NCBI GenBank assembly: GCA_052327205.1
Contig: CM126212.1
Location: 238,080,001-238,144,000, forward strand
Direction of reading: 5' to 3'
DNA from: Somniosus microcephalus
Taxonomy: Eukaryota
DNA length: 64,000 nt
Position numbers and translations under genes: made by a program. Below, piece by piece: positions 49,468-61,064 of this stretch. Under the pieces are notes generated by a model. The model was given only the letters and a program-made list of their open reading frames with translations. It ran no database searches and was not told the origin of the DNA. Position 1 is the stretch's first letter. Every line of letters starts with the position of its first letter.

Positions 49468-50720
49468 TCATAGACTCGGGCAGCACAGGAGGAGGCCATT
49501 CGGCCCATTGTGTCTGTGCCGGTTCTTTCAAAAAGCTATCCACCGCCCCCCCCACCACTCTTTCCCCACAGCCCTGCAAATTCCCTTCAAGTATTTCTCC
49601 AATTCCCTTTTGAAAGTTACTATTGAATCTGCTTCCACCGCCCTTTCAGGCAGCGCATTCCAGATCACAACAACTCGCTGCGTAAAAACATTCTCCTCAT
49701 CTCCCCTCTGGTTCTTTTGTTAATTATTGTAACTCTGTGTCCTCTGGTTACCGACCCTCCTGCCACTGGAAACAGTTTCTCCTGATCTACTCGATCAGGA
49801 GCCAATGTAGGTCAACGAACACACAGGTAATGGGTGAATGGGACTTGCTGCAGATTAGGATACGGGCAGCAGAGTTTTAGACGAGCTGATTTATGGAGGA
49901 TGGCAGGTCAGCCAGGGGAGCAGTGGAATCATCAAATCTGGAGGTGACAAAGACATGGGTGAGAGTTTCGGCAGCGGATGAGCTGAGGTGGGTGATTTAC
50001 AGAGGGCTGGAAGAATGTGCTCTTTATGATGGAGAGGATATGAGGTCAGAAGCTCGAGCCATCCAAGGTTGGATAAGCAGTCTGACAGCTCAGAGGTGGG
50101 AGTATGGGGCGGGGCACAGAATCATATAGATATATTTCTTAAAGCTAAAGGGATCAAGGGATATGGGGAGAAGGGGTATGGGGAGAAGGCAGGGACAGGG
50201 TACTGAATTTGGATGATCAGCCATGATCTCATTGAATGGCGGAGCAGGCTCGAGGGGCCAAATGGCCTACTCCTATCTTCTATGTTTATCATAGAATGGT
50301 TGCAGCACAGAAGGAGGCCATTCGGCCTGTCGAGCCCGTGCCGGCTCTCTGCAAGAGCACTTCAGCTTGTCCCACTCCCCCGCCCTTTCCCTGTAGCTCT
50401 GCAAATTTCTTCTTCAGATACTGTGAGGATTGATGTGCCGGGCATCCAATGGCAGGTGGGTGGGTGGGGTGGGGCGACGAATTGTAATGAAACCTCCAGG
50501 ATTATGTCCAGCCATGTTAGCAACCCTGCTGGGCACGGATTTGTGAGACGATGACAAATTCAAGGACTTTGGAGAAGGGGGTTAGGTGATGGGCGCTAGT
50601 TTGCAGAGGGCTGGAGACGGCTCTGAGGAGTGGGAGGCATTCACAATGTCCGCTAGCATAGCGGCAGGAAGGGGGGGTCAGGGGAGAGAAGGGGGTGAGA
50701 CCGAGAGAGCCAGTTAGTGT
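49468..50720. mobile_element. Cluster of CR1 tails (both strands) and degenerate L2 fragments (-)
   Basis: 49470-49795 CR1(-), 49795-50100 L2(-), 50130-50290 CR1(+), 50290-50415 CR1(-), 50520-50720 L2(-), each similar to copies elsewhere in the window. Confidence 0.7.
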
Positions 50721-50726
50721 GGCACT

Positions 50727-52740
50727 GGGGGAGTTTGCAGAGTGGGAGCGGGGGGGCTGGGGAGGAGTTTTTCGAGCGGGAGGAGTTTGCAGAGTGGGGG
50801 CTGGGGGGAGTTTGCAGAGTGGGGGCTGGGGGGGGGGGGAGTTTGCAGAGTGGGGGCTGGGGGGGAGGAGTTTGCAGAGTGGGGGCTGGGGGGGAGGAGT
50901 TTGCAGAGTGGGGGCTGGGGGGGAGGAGTTTGCAGAGTGGGGGGAGTTTGCAGAGTGGGGGCTGGGGGGGAGGAGTTTGCAGAGTGGGGGCTGGGGGGGA
51001 GGAGTTTGCAGAGTGGGGGCTGGTGGGGAGGAGTTTGCAGAGTGGGGGCTGGGGGGAGGAGTTTGCAGAGTGGGGGCTGGGGGGAGGAGTTTGCAGAGTG
51101 GGGGGAGTTTGCAGAGTGGGGGCTGGGGGGGAGGAGTTTGCAGAGTGGGGGCTGGGGGGAGGAGTTTGCAGAGTGGGGGCTGGGGGGGAGGAGTTTGCAG
51201 AGCGGGGGCTGGGGGGAGTTTGCAGAGCGGGAGGAGTTTGCAGAGCGGGAGGAGTTTGCAGAGTGGGGGCTGGGGGGGGAGTTTGCAGAGTGGGGGCTGA
51301 GGGGTGTTTGCAGAGTGGGAGGAGTTTGCCGAGCGGGAGGAGTTTGCAGAGTGGGAGGAGTTTGCCGAGCGGGAGGAGTTTGCAGAGTGGGGGCTGGGGG
51401 GGGGAGTTTGCAGAGTGGGAGGAGTTTGCAGAGTGGGGGCTGGGGGGAGTTTGCAGAGTGGGGGGAGTTTGCAGAGTGGGGGCTGGGGGGAGTTTGCAGA
51501 GTGGGGGCTGGGGGGGAGTTTGCAGAGTGGGGGCTGGGGGGGAGTTTGCAGAGTGGGAGGAGTTTGCAGAGTGGGGGCTGGGGGGGAGTTTTTCGAGCGG
51601 GAGGAGTTTGCAGAGTGGGAGGAGTTTGCAGAGTGGGGGCTGGGGGGAGTTTGCAGAGTGGGGGCTGGGGGGGGAGGAGTTTGCAGAGTGGGGGGGAGGA
51701 GTTTGCAGAGTGGGGGCTGGGGGGGAGGAGTTTGCAGAGCGGGGGCTGGGGGGGAGTTTGCAGAGCGGGAGGAGTTTGAGAGCGGGAGGAGTTTGCAGAG
51801 TGGGAGGAGTTTGCAGAGCGGGAGGAGTTTGAGAGCGGGAGGAGTTTGCAGAGTGGGAGGAGTTTGCAGAGTGGGGGCTGGGGGGGGGAGTTTGCAGAGT
51901 GGGGGCTGGGGGGGGGAGTTTGCAGAGTGGGGGCTGGGGGGGGGAGTTTGCAGAGTGGGGGCTGGGGGGGGGAGTTTGCAGAGTGGGGGCTGGGGGGTGT
52001 TTGCCGAGCGGGGGGAGTTTGCCGAGCAGGAGGAGTTTGCAGAGTGGGAGGAGTTTGCAGAGTGGGGGCTGGGGGGGGGAGTTTGCAGAGTGGGGGCTGG
52101 GGGGGGGAGTTTGCAGAGTGGGGGCTGGGGGGTGTTTGCCGAGCGGGGGGAGTTTGCCGAGCGGGAGGAGTTTGCAGAGTGGGAGGAGTTTGCAGAGTGG
52201 GGGCTGGGGGGGGGAGTTTGCAGAGTGGGGGCTGGGGGGGGGAGTTTGCAGAGTGGGGGCTGGGGGGTGTTTGCCGAGCGGGAGGAGTTTGCCGAGCGGG
52301 AGGAGTTTGCAGAGTGGGAGGAGTTTGCAGAGTGGGGGCTGGGGGGGGGAGTTTGCAGAGTGGGGGCTGGGGGGTGTTTGCCGAGCGGGAGGAGTTTGCC
52401 GAGCAGGAGGAGTTTGCCGAGCGGGAGGAGTTTGCAGAGTGGTGGCTGGGGGGGAGTTTGCAGAGTGGGAGGAGTTTGCAGAGTGGGGGCGGAGTTTGCA
52501 GAGTGGGAGGAGTTTGCAGAGTGGGGGCTGGGGGGGGAGTTTGCAGAGTGGGAGGAGTTTGCAGAGTGGGGGCTGGGGGGAGTTTGCAGAGTGGGGGGAG
52601 TTTGCAGAGTGGGAGGAGTTTGCAGAGTGGGGGCGGAGTTTGCACAGTGGGAGGAGTTTGCAGGGTGGGGGCTGGGGAGGAGTTTGCAGAGTGGGGGAGG
52701 AGTTTGCAGAGTGGGAGGAGTTTGCCGAGCGGGGGCGGGG
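50727..52740. repeat. 2-kb G-rich variable-unit minisatellite directly upstream of NDUFAF3
   Basis: Core GGAGTTTGCAGAGTGGG with GGCTG(G)n extensions. Confidence 0.92.
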
Positions 52741-52897
52741 TTGGCCAAGCCTGCTGCACACCGGGGGCAGTGAGACGGCGCTGCGGATCCTGGCGCTGCA
52801 GTTGCGCGGAGCGGCCAGGGGCGGCGGCGGAGAGCGCGGGCCCGGGGGCTGCTCTTGCCGCGCGGATCCTTGGCGCTGACCCCTCACCCTGACCACC

Positions 52898-52956
52898 ATG
52901 GCGGCCATGTTGTGTCGCGGCCTCGGGCCTCGGGTCCGGCTGGTGGCGGCCCTCCG
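52898..52956 (+). CDS. NDUFAF3: NDUFAF3 exon 1
   Basis: Kozak ACCACCATGG; MAAMLCRGLGPRVRLVAALR presequence-like; GTAAGA donor, phase 2 matches exon 2. Confidence 0.85.
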
Positions 52957-55900
52957 GTAAGACCGACAGTACGGCGCTCCCTCAGTACCGCCCCTCCGAC
53001 AGTGCGGCGCTCCCTCAGTACCGCCCCTCCGACAGTGCGGCGCTCCCTCAGTACCGCCCCTCCGACAGTGCAGCGCTCCCTCAGTACCGCCCCTCCGACA
53101 GTGCAGCGCTCCCTCAGTACTGCCCCTCCGACAGTGCGGCGCTCCCTCAGTACCGCCCCTCCGACAGTGCGGCGCTCCCTCAGTACCGCCCCTCCGACAG
53201 TGCGGCGCTCCCTCAGTACCGCCCCTCCGACAGTGCGGCGCTCCCTCAGTACCGCCCCTCCGACAGTGCGGCGCTCCCTCAGTACCGCCCCTCCGACAGT
53301 GCAGCGCTCCCTCAGTACCGCCCCTCCGACAGTGCGGCGCTCCCTCAGTACCGCCCCTCCGACACTCCCTCAGTACCGCCCCTCCGACAGTGCGGCGCTC
53401 CCTCAGTACCGCCCCTCCGACAGTGCGGCGCTCCCTCAGTACCGCCCCTCCGACAGTGCGGCGCTCCCTCAGTACTGCCCCTCCGACAGTGCGGCTCTCC
53501 CTCAGTACTGCCCCTCCGACAGTGCGGCGCTCCCTCAGTACTGCCCCTCCGACAGTGCGGCACTCCCTCAGTACTGTCCCTCCGACAGTGCGGCGCTCCC
53601 TCAGTACTGCCCCTCCGACAGTGCGGCGCTCCCTCAGTACTGCCTCTCCGACAGTGCGGCGCTCCCTCAGTACTGCCCCTCCGACAGTGCGGCGCTCCCT
53701 CAGTACTGCCCCTCTGACAGTGCGGCTCTCCCTCAGTACTGACCCCCCGACAGTGCAGCACTCCCTCAGTACTGACTCTCAGAGTTGACGTCTTTCACTC
53801 ACTGGTCATTTATCGCTGCGTTTAGCCATTTAACAACAGTGGAACTCTCTGGAACTTCTTGCTCAGCTGTTGTGTATAATTGCTAATCTTTCTTTCACAA
53901 GGGACGGAAGTAATGAGGGAATAATAGGTGAACTTCATTTTAAAAAGGTGGAATGCAACAACAACTTGCATTTATAAAGCGCCTTTAATGTAGTAAAATG
54001 TCTCAAGGTGCTTCACAGGAGCGTTAACAAACAAAATTTGACACCGAGCCACATAAGGTGGTGTTCGGGTAGGTGACCAAATGCTTGGTTAAAGAGGTAG
54101 GTTTTAAGGAGGAAAGAGACATAGCGAGGCGGAGAGGTTTAGGGAGGGAATGCAGTTTTTAATTCTTGTGTATCTCTACACCAAACACAGGAACAGAATG
54201 TGGGTGCGGAGCCGGCCTGTGATGCATCCAGGGTGAGCCGCGATTCAGCACCATTCCCCTCTGACTCGATCCTATCTTTTGCAGGCAGCCCTGTCGGGGT
54301 CACAAGATGACACCCTCGGATGATGAGCTGTACCAGCGGACCACAGTGAACGCTCTGAAGCGAGAATCCCCCGACACCATGTTCATCGACAGTTACAGCA
54401 AGCACGGCTTCACTATCAACGGGAACCAAGTGTTTGGCCCCTGTGCTGTGATCCCACAGGCACTACTTCAGTGGAACGTGAGTTCGATCAGCCTGTGCGG
54501 GATTGTATCTCCTTCTCTGTAAATTTATAAGTAATTCCTCAAGATAATAGGGTTCAGGGAATAAAGGCCCCTGGACAAGGACGTTGCACAGCTGGCCCCG
54601 GAGGGTTCACTATCTGAAGCTATCACTTCTCCACTTGATGTCCGTGCAGGTACAGCAAGCAATTAGGAAGGCAAATGGTATGTTGGTCTTTATTGCAAGG
54701 GGGTTGGAGTGCAAGCGTAAGGAAGTCTTACTACAGTTATACAGGGCCTTGGTGAGACCACACCTGGAGTACTGGGCACAGTTTTGGTCTCCTTATCTAA
54801 GGAAGGATATACTTGCCTTAGAGGCGGTGCAACGAAGGTTCACTAGATTGATTCCTGGGATGAGAGGGCTGTCCTATGAGGAGAGATTGTGTAGAATGGG
54901 CCGATACTCTCTGGAGTTTAGAAGAATGAGAGGTGATCTCATTGAAACATATAAGATTCCGAGGGGGATTGACAGGGTAGATGCTGAGAGGTTGTTTCCC
55001 CCGGCTGGAGAGTCTAGAACTAGGGGTCACAGTCTCTGGATAAGGGGTCGGCCATTTAGGACCGAGATGAGGAGAAATTTCTTCACTCATTGTGAATCTT
55101 TGGAATTTTCTACCCCAGAGGGCTGTGGATGCTGAATCGTTGAGTAGATTCAAGGCTGAGATCGATAGATTTTTGGACTCCAGGGATATGGAGATCGGGC
55201 GGGAAAGTGGAGTTGAGGCAGAAGATCAGCCATGATCTTATTGAATGGCGGAGCAGGCTCGAGGGGCCGTACGGCTGACTCCTGCTCCTAATTCTAATGT
55301 TCTTATGATACGGTGGCATAGTGGTTAGCACTGTTGCCTCACAGCGCCAGGGACCCGGGTTCAAATCCGGCCTCGGGTGACTGTCTGTGTGGAGTTTGCA
55401 CATTCTCCCCGTGTTTGCGTGGGTTTTCTCCGGGTGCTCCAGTTTCCTCCCACAGTCCAAAGATGTGCGGGTTAGGTTGATTGGCCATGATAAAAATTGG
55501 CCCTTAGTGTTAGGGGGGATTAAATACGTGGGGTTACGGGGATAGGGCTTGGGTGGGATGGCTGTCGGTGTAGGGACCGGGTGCTAGGGTTTGGATGATC
55601 AGCCATGATCTCGTTGAATGGCGGAGCAGGCTCGAAGGGCCGAATGGCCTACTCCTGCTCCTATCTTCTATGTTTCTATCTCACTGCCGAGCTCACAAAG
55701 CCAGTTTGTGGTCCCTGCTGAATCTCCTGATCAGCTGAAACTCTGTGACTGGAATCCCTTTTACTAACTGGAGATTGCTAACCAACACTCACTGAAAGGC
55801 TAAAGCCATTAGAAAGAATGAAGCCAGCCTGTGCTGAGCTGGGGTTGAGTGGGGGGGCTACAGGTGAGCTGGCCCTCCCTGGGCTAGGCTGGGGAGGATT

Positions 55901-58061
55901 GGTCAGTGCTCTCTATCCACTGACCGCGATGTTTCTGATCAAACACCCAGCCAGCACTCTCACAATCTGGGCCCAGACGTGAAGAACCGAGACTGTGTGA
56001 GGCGGTGGGGAGCTGACGTGGTCCAGGAACGGTGGCTCAGGAGAGAGAGAAATCTTGCTGCAATAGGACAGAGTGAAAGTGGAAGCGGAGAGGTTAACAT
56101 TCTTGGATTTTTCTCTCTCTGTCTAGGTTGGAAGTTACAAAGACATCAGTGAGGACAGCCTGGCTCTGTTTTACATCCTGGAACCCAAAATAGGTGGGGA
56201 AATATCCTCGGCCTGTATTCTCTCGAGTTTAGCAGATTGAGGGGAGTCGGGGGCCCCGCACCCTGTATATTCCTATGTGCTGGGAGTCGGGGGGCCCGCA
56301 CCCTGTACAGGAAACTTTGGTTTATCCGGAGGTTGTATATCCGGAAACCTCGAACTAACGGCAGAAATCAGCAGCCGTTTTGTTAGAAAAAAAACCTAAC
56401 AGTCAGGCTCTGGTAAGCATCTCTGTAGCATAGCAACAGCTTCAGAGACGCTTCCAAGGTACGGGCCGAGTGTTTACAAGCTGTTGCTAAGCAACAGTGT
56501 TTGTTGTCAGATACAGGGATGAAAACCTCCGTATCCTTCAACATTAGTGCTGGTCTATCCGGAAATTTTGATAGATTGGCAGCAGCTCGGTCCAGTCGGT
56601 GCCGGATATCGCGAAGTTTCCTGTACATTCCTATGTGTTGTGAGTCGGGGCCCCGTACCCTGTATATTCCTATGTGCTGTGAGTCGGGGCCCCGTGCCCT
56701 GTATATTCCTATGTGCTGTGAGTCGGGGCCCCGTACCCTGTATATTCCTATGTGTCGGGGCCCCATACCCTGTATATTCCTATGTGCTGGGAGTCGGGGC
56801 CCCATACCCTGTATATTCCTATGTGCTGGGAGTCGGGGCCCCGTGCCCTGTATATTTCTATGTGCTGGGAGTCGGGGCCTCGTACCCTGTATATTCCTAT
56901 GTGCTGGGAGTCGGGGCCCCGTACCCTGTATATTCCTATGTGCTGGGAGTTGGGGGCCCCGCACCCTGTACAGGAAACTTTGGTTTATCCGGAGGTTGTA
57001 TATCCGGAAACCTCGAACTAACGGCAGAAATCAGCAGCCGTTTTGTTAGGTTTTTTTTTCTAACAGTCAGGCTCTGGTAAGCATCTCTGTAGCTTAGCAA
57101 CAGCTTCAGAGACGCTTCCAAGGTACGGGCCGAGTGTTTACAAGCTGTTGCTAAGCAACAGTGTTTATTGTCAGATACAGAGATGAAAACCTCCGTATCC
57201 TTCAACATTAGTGCTGGTCTATCCGGAAATTTTGATAGATTGGCAGCAGCTCGGTTCTGTCGGTGCCGGATATCGCGAAGTTTCCTGTATATTCCTATGT
57301 GTTGTGAGTCGGGGCCCCGTACCCTGTATACTCCTATGAGTTGCTCTACAGCTGACGTGTATTGTGTTGCAGAGATTCTGGTTTTAGGGTTGGGTGAGAG
57401 AATCCGGAGACTGGACCCCAAACTGTTGGCATTTATGAGGAGCAAGGGGATTGCTGTGGAGGTACAGGACACGGTGAGTGCCACAGCACACAGACACAGG
57501 ACTTAACCGGTGGGCACTAGAGTGAGTGGGAATGTTTCAACGACTTCGGTTTACCTTTTTACCCAGGCCTGAGACAAATTTGTTTCCCTCTCCATCAGAC
57601 ACTGAATCTCACTGGGGTACAGTTCCACAGACACTGACTCTCACTGGGGTACAGTTCCACAGACACTGACTCTCACTGGGGTAGTTCCACGGGTTCCCTT
57701 CAGTGTCTATTGTAGTCACCCAGAGACTGTAGGAACGGAGACAGGAACTCATGGCCCCAGTATGTCAGAGCAGTAACACGGTGCAGGTTTGATTCCTGTC
57801 TGTGCTGCACTGAATCACTGATTGCAACCTCACTGCCTGGATGGAGGGAGGAATTAGTGGAGGTGTCATCACCAGGCTTAGTGGGGGCTTCACCGACACA
57901 GAGTCCATCGCCGAGGCTGAGACTTACTCCAGCCATGCTGACCTTTCCGCTTCTCTCCACAGCCAAATGCCTGTGCGACCTTTAACTTCCTAACAAGCGA
58001 GCGAAGATGCACAGCAGCCGCACTGATCCCACCTCTCCACATCTCCGGGGACTTGGAGTAG
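52898..58061 (+). CDS. NDUFAF3: NADH dehydrogenase (complex I) assembly factor 3, complete 5-exon gene, 519-nt CDS, 172 aa
   Basis: Exons 59/193/67/101/99 in frame; Mth938/DUF498 motifs DDELYQRT, IDSYS..GF.ING..V.GPC, EILVLG.G, GIAVEVQDTPNACATFNFL. Confidence 0.95.
52963..53775. repeat. 33-bp minisatellite (same unit as 20300-21340) at start of NDUFAF3 intron 1
   Basis: Unit CCCCTCCGACAGTGCGGCGCTCCCTCAGTAC(C/T)G, ~24 copies. Confidence 0.92.
53955..54152 (-). mobile_element. L2 3' fragment
   Basis: Similar to 1833-2040. Confidence 0.8.
54285..54477 (+). CDS. NDUFAF3: NDUFAF3 exon 2
   Basis: QPCRGHKMTPSDDELYQRTTV..GPCAVIPQALLQWN; TGCAG/GTGAGT. Confidence 0.95.
54640..55305 (+). mobile_element. 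CR1 3' fragment
   Basis: QVQQAIRKANGML..RPHLEY..RTRGHSL plus tail. Confidence 0.88.
55311..55570 (+). mobile_element. HE1-type V-SINE (followed by a CR1 tail to ~55680)
   Basis: Reverse-complement match to 10930-11180. Confidence 0.85.
56127..56193 (+). CDS. NDUFAF3: NDUFAF3 exon 3
   Basis: VGSYKDISEDSLALFYILEPKI; TCTAG/GTGGGG. Confidence 0.93.
56308..56623. mobile_element. Tc1/mariner-superfamily (Tigger/pogo-like) MITE, copy 1
   Basis: TA|CAGGAAACTT..TATCCGG ... CCGGATA..AAGTTTCCTG|TA terminal inverted repeats with TA duplication. Confidence 0.85.
56971..57287. mobile_element. Tigger/pogo-like MITE, copy 2
   Basis: Same TIRs and TA flanks; about 5 substitutions plus a micro-inversion relative to copy 1. 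Confidence 0.85.
57373..57473 (+). CDS. NDUFAF3: NDUFAF3 exon 4
   Basis: EILVLGLGERIRRLDPKLLAFMRSKGIAVEVQDT; TGCAG/GTGAGT. Confidence 0.95.
57596..57690 (-). repeat. Three inverted copies of the 32-bp intron-11 satellite unit in NDUFAF3 intron 4
   Basis: CAGACACTGACTCTCACTGGGGTACAGTTCCA is the reverse complement of the 36517-43582 unit. Confidence 0.9.
57963..58061 (+). CDS. NDUFAF3: NDUFAF3 exon 5 (coding part, TAG stop)
   Basis: PNACATFNFLTSERRCTAAALIPPLHISGDLE*; CACAG acceptor; ATTAAA at 58108-58113. Confidence 0.93.
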   Translation, partial: PNACATFNFLTSERRCTAAALIPPLHISGDLE

Positions 58062-58157
58062 GACTCGTAGCAGTGTTTGAAGAGGCTTTATCTGATTGTA
58101 CAGAATAATTAAACTGTGTGTCAAGAAGTTGTCGGGACGTCTCTCCTTCCACTTCCA

Positions 58158-59182
58158 GGAGGCAGAGGGTCGAAGGTTGTTTTTGTGACTGGAAGCCTGT
58201 ATCCAGTGGTGTACCGCAGGGATCGGTGCTGGGTCCTTTGCTGTTTGTAGTGTACATTAATGATTTAGATATGAATGTAGGAGGTATGATCAGTAAGTTC
58301 ACAGATGACACGAAAATTGGTGGAGTGGTAAATAGCGAGGAGGGAAGCCTCAGGCTACAGGATGCTATAGACGGGATGGTCAGATGGGCAGAACAGTGGC
58401 AAATGGAATTTAACCCTGAAAAGTGTGAGGTGATGCATTTTGGGAGGACTAACAAGGCAAGGGAATACACAATGAATGGTAGGACCCCAGGAAGGACAGA
58501 GGATCAGAAGGACCTTGGTGTGCATGTACATAGATCCCTGAAGGCAGCAGGACAGGTAGATAAGGTGGTTAAAAAGGCATATGGGATACTTGCCTTCATT
58601 AGCCGAGGCATAGAATATAAGAGCAGGGAGGTTATGATGGAGCTGTACAAAACGCTAGTTATAGGCCACAGCTGGAATACTGTGTGCAGTTCTGGTCGCC
58701 ACACTATAGGAAGGATGTGATTGCATTGGAGAGGAGATTCACCAGGATGTTACCTGGGCTGGAGTGCTTCAGCTATGAAGAGACTGGGGTTGTTTTCCTT
58801 AGAGCAGAGAAGGCTGAGGGGGGACCTGATTGAGGTGTACAAAATTATGAGGGGGGTAGATAGAAAGGAACTTTTCCCCTTAGTAGAGGGGTCAATAACC
58901 AGGGGGCATAGTTTCAAGGTAAGGGGCAGGAGGTTTAGAGGGGATTGGAGGAGAAACCTTTTCACCCAGAGGGTGGTTGGAGTCTGGAACTCACTGCCTG
59001 AAAGGGTGGTAGAGGCAGGAACCCTCACAACATTCAAGAAGCATTTAGATGAGCACTTGAAACGCCATAGCATGCAAGGCTACGGACCAAGTGCTGGAAA
59101 ATGGGATTAGAATAGACAGGGCCTGATGGCCGGCGCGGACACGATGGGCCGAAGGGCCTCTTTCCGTGCTGTATAACTCTAT
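58158..59182 (+). mobile_element. CR1 LINE 3' portion
   Basis: [30 protein letters not shown], tail. Confidence 0.9.
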
Positions 59183-61064
59183 GACATCTGATTTCACGTT
59201 TTGAAAGTCACTCATTAATATCAGTGGAGAAGCTAAGATCCGATTCCTGGCTGTGTCTTCCCCCGAGTTTCTCTCCCGTCCTGAAGCCGCTCCATACAAA
59301 TGGTCATCTTGGTCACGGATGACCATTTGTATGGAGCGGCTGTCCCACAGCACAGACTGATGCCACCCTCCTGCGTTTATCACCAGCACTCGGCCCGTGT
59401 TACATCATCACCCCACGGCCTCAATCATCTGCACCATTCCGAAGCTGGATAAACACACGAGGGAGAAAGGAATAGGATATGTTGATAAGGTGAGAGGAGG
59501 CTCATGTGGAGCAGGGGCTCGGAACTGAGGGGCCAAATGGCCTGTTTCTGTGCTGGTTCAGATTGTCTATGAAAAATTTTACATTTCCTCTCATTGATTC
59601 AACAGATTCATGATTTTTCTAAGTCGCTGTATGAAATGAACATTTGCTTTTACAGTGAATTTCCAGATTCCGGAACAAAAACCAAATGAGCACCAGTTAG
59701 ATGGAGAGCAGAGACAGGGTGAGAGGCGATTCCAGTGGCAGGATCAGTAACCAGACCTCTGAAGCATCATTTCCTCCTCCTCCTTGTATTTTAACACCCT
59801 TGAGCTAAAGGCCAATGGTCCATTCGGCTTTTAGTGATGTGTATCCTTGGAGCCGGACATTCCTGCGTCCGATCTCTCCGGCTGTAGCGGTTTTCCTTCA
59901 GCTCTGTGGCCCAGGAGAGCGTCACGCACATAATCTCACAAAGTTACAAATACAGCACCTCATGTAAAAGGCAGATTTTATTTTCGGTGGTACAAAGCCG
60001 GTTACTGTGGCGAGGGAACGACAGAGTCTTTGACTGAGCAAAGAGCAGACTTAACCAGAGACTCCAGCAAACCAGTGTTACCCTCGCAACGGGTCGGTAC
60101 CAGGGGTCAGTGCTTGGGGTGTCGGAGCAGAGTCTGTTGTTTAACGGGAAGCTCAGCTGTTGCTGCTCACTGCAGGCACTGACCCTGCCGACTAAAACTG
60201 GACGATTGAGATCAGAACCCGAACTGGGCCCGAGCTGCTTTCACCAAATTCTTTTTTAACACAGTGTGTATGTGTGTCTAAAAAGAGAAAATGTTTGCAT
60301 GACTGTTACAGCAGCTTAAACTCAGGCTCAGACCCCTATGTAAGATGGTGTATCAGCAGTTCCACGCCTGGACCGGACCAGAGATGCAGCCGTGGTTTGA
60401 AGCAGTAATCCCATCTTTAAAATCAGTGTTACTCATCAGTAGACATCTTAAACCATTAATTACTTTGCAAACAAGGATCTTCCAGGCAAACCGCTTCACG
60501 GACACGTGTCCTGGTTTAGATCTCATTTCACAAATTACCCGTTAACTTCAAAAGCCCAACTCTCTCAATGCGCTTCAGTAACTGTGGCAGATGCAAAGAC
60601 ACAGGTTACAGTAATAAACAGGCCGCGGACGGATGCAGTTTGAGTTGCCGATCAGGAAACCAAACCCCCAGCCTCAGATAACCCAGCTACTGGCTAACAA
60701 CAGCACACTCAGGCCGTGCAGGGCTGGGAGAACCCAACAAACCGCCTCGGTGGCAACAACACTGACTGAACAGTGACATCAAAGTGTCACGCTGAGCAGC
60801 GCGGGTTAGAGGTGTGCGCAGTTTAAAGGCTGTGGTTACATTATGCCAAACAATCTCATTCCACTTTAACAAAATAAAACACATTTGGTGAAAGTATTTG
60901 TACAATGAAGAAACCAGAGACATGCAGAATCCCAGAGTCTCACATCCTTCGGGTTGAGATATTAGTTTGAAACTGATGGAAGGCAAACAGGATTTGGAAA
61001 TTTGTCCAGAAAGGATCGATGAGAAACAATCCCAGAGTGTGAGACAGGAATTCTCGGGCAGGAT

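Larger units (their letters stand above)
56243..57340. repeat. ~39-bp minisatellite in NDUFAF3 intron 3 containing two MITE copies
   Basis: Unit GGAGTCGGGGCCCCGTACCCTGTATATTCCTATGTGCTG. Confidence 0.88.

Noticed and set aside
50517-53788. Pro-rich or Gly-rich 300-750-aa ORFs and mucin-like STAPP ORF
   Set aside because: Arise from the G-rich and 33-bp arrays; the real NDUFAF3 exon 1 is 52898-52956 in another frame.
59977-59982. Minus-strand AATAAA as IMPDH2 poly(A) signal
   Set aside because: Plausible (~1.1 kb 3' UTR) but cannot be supported without transcript data, so not listed as a feature.
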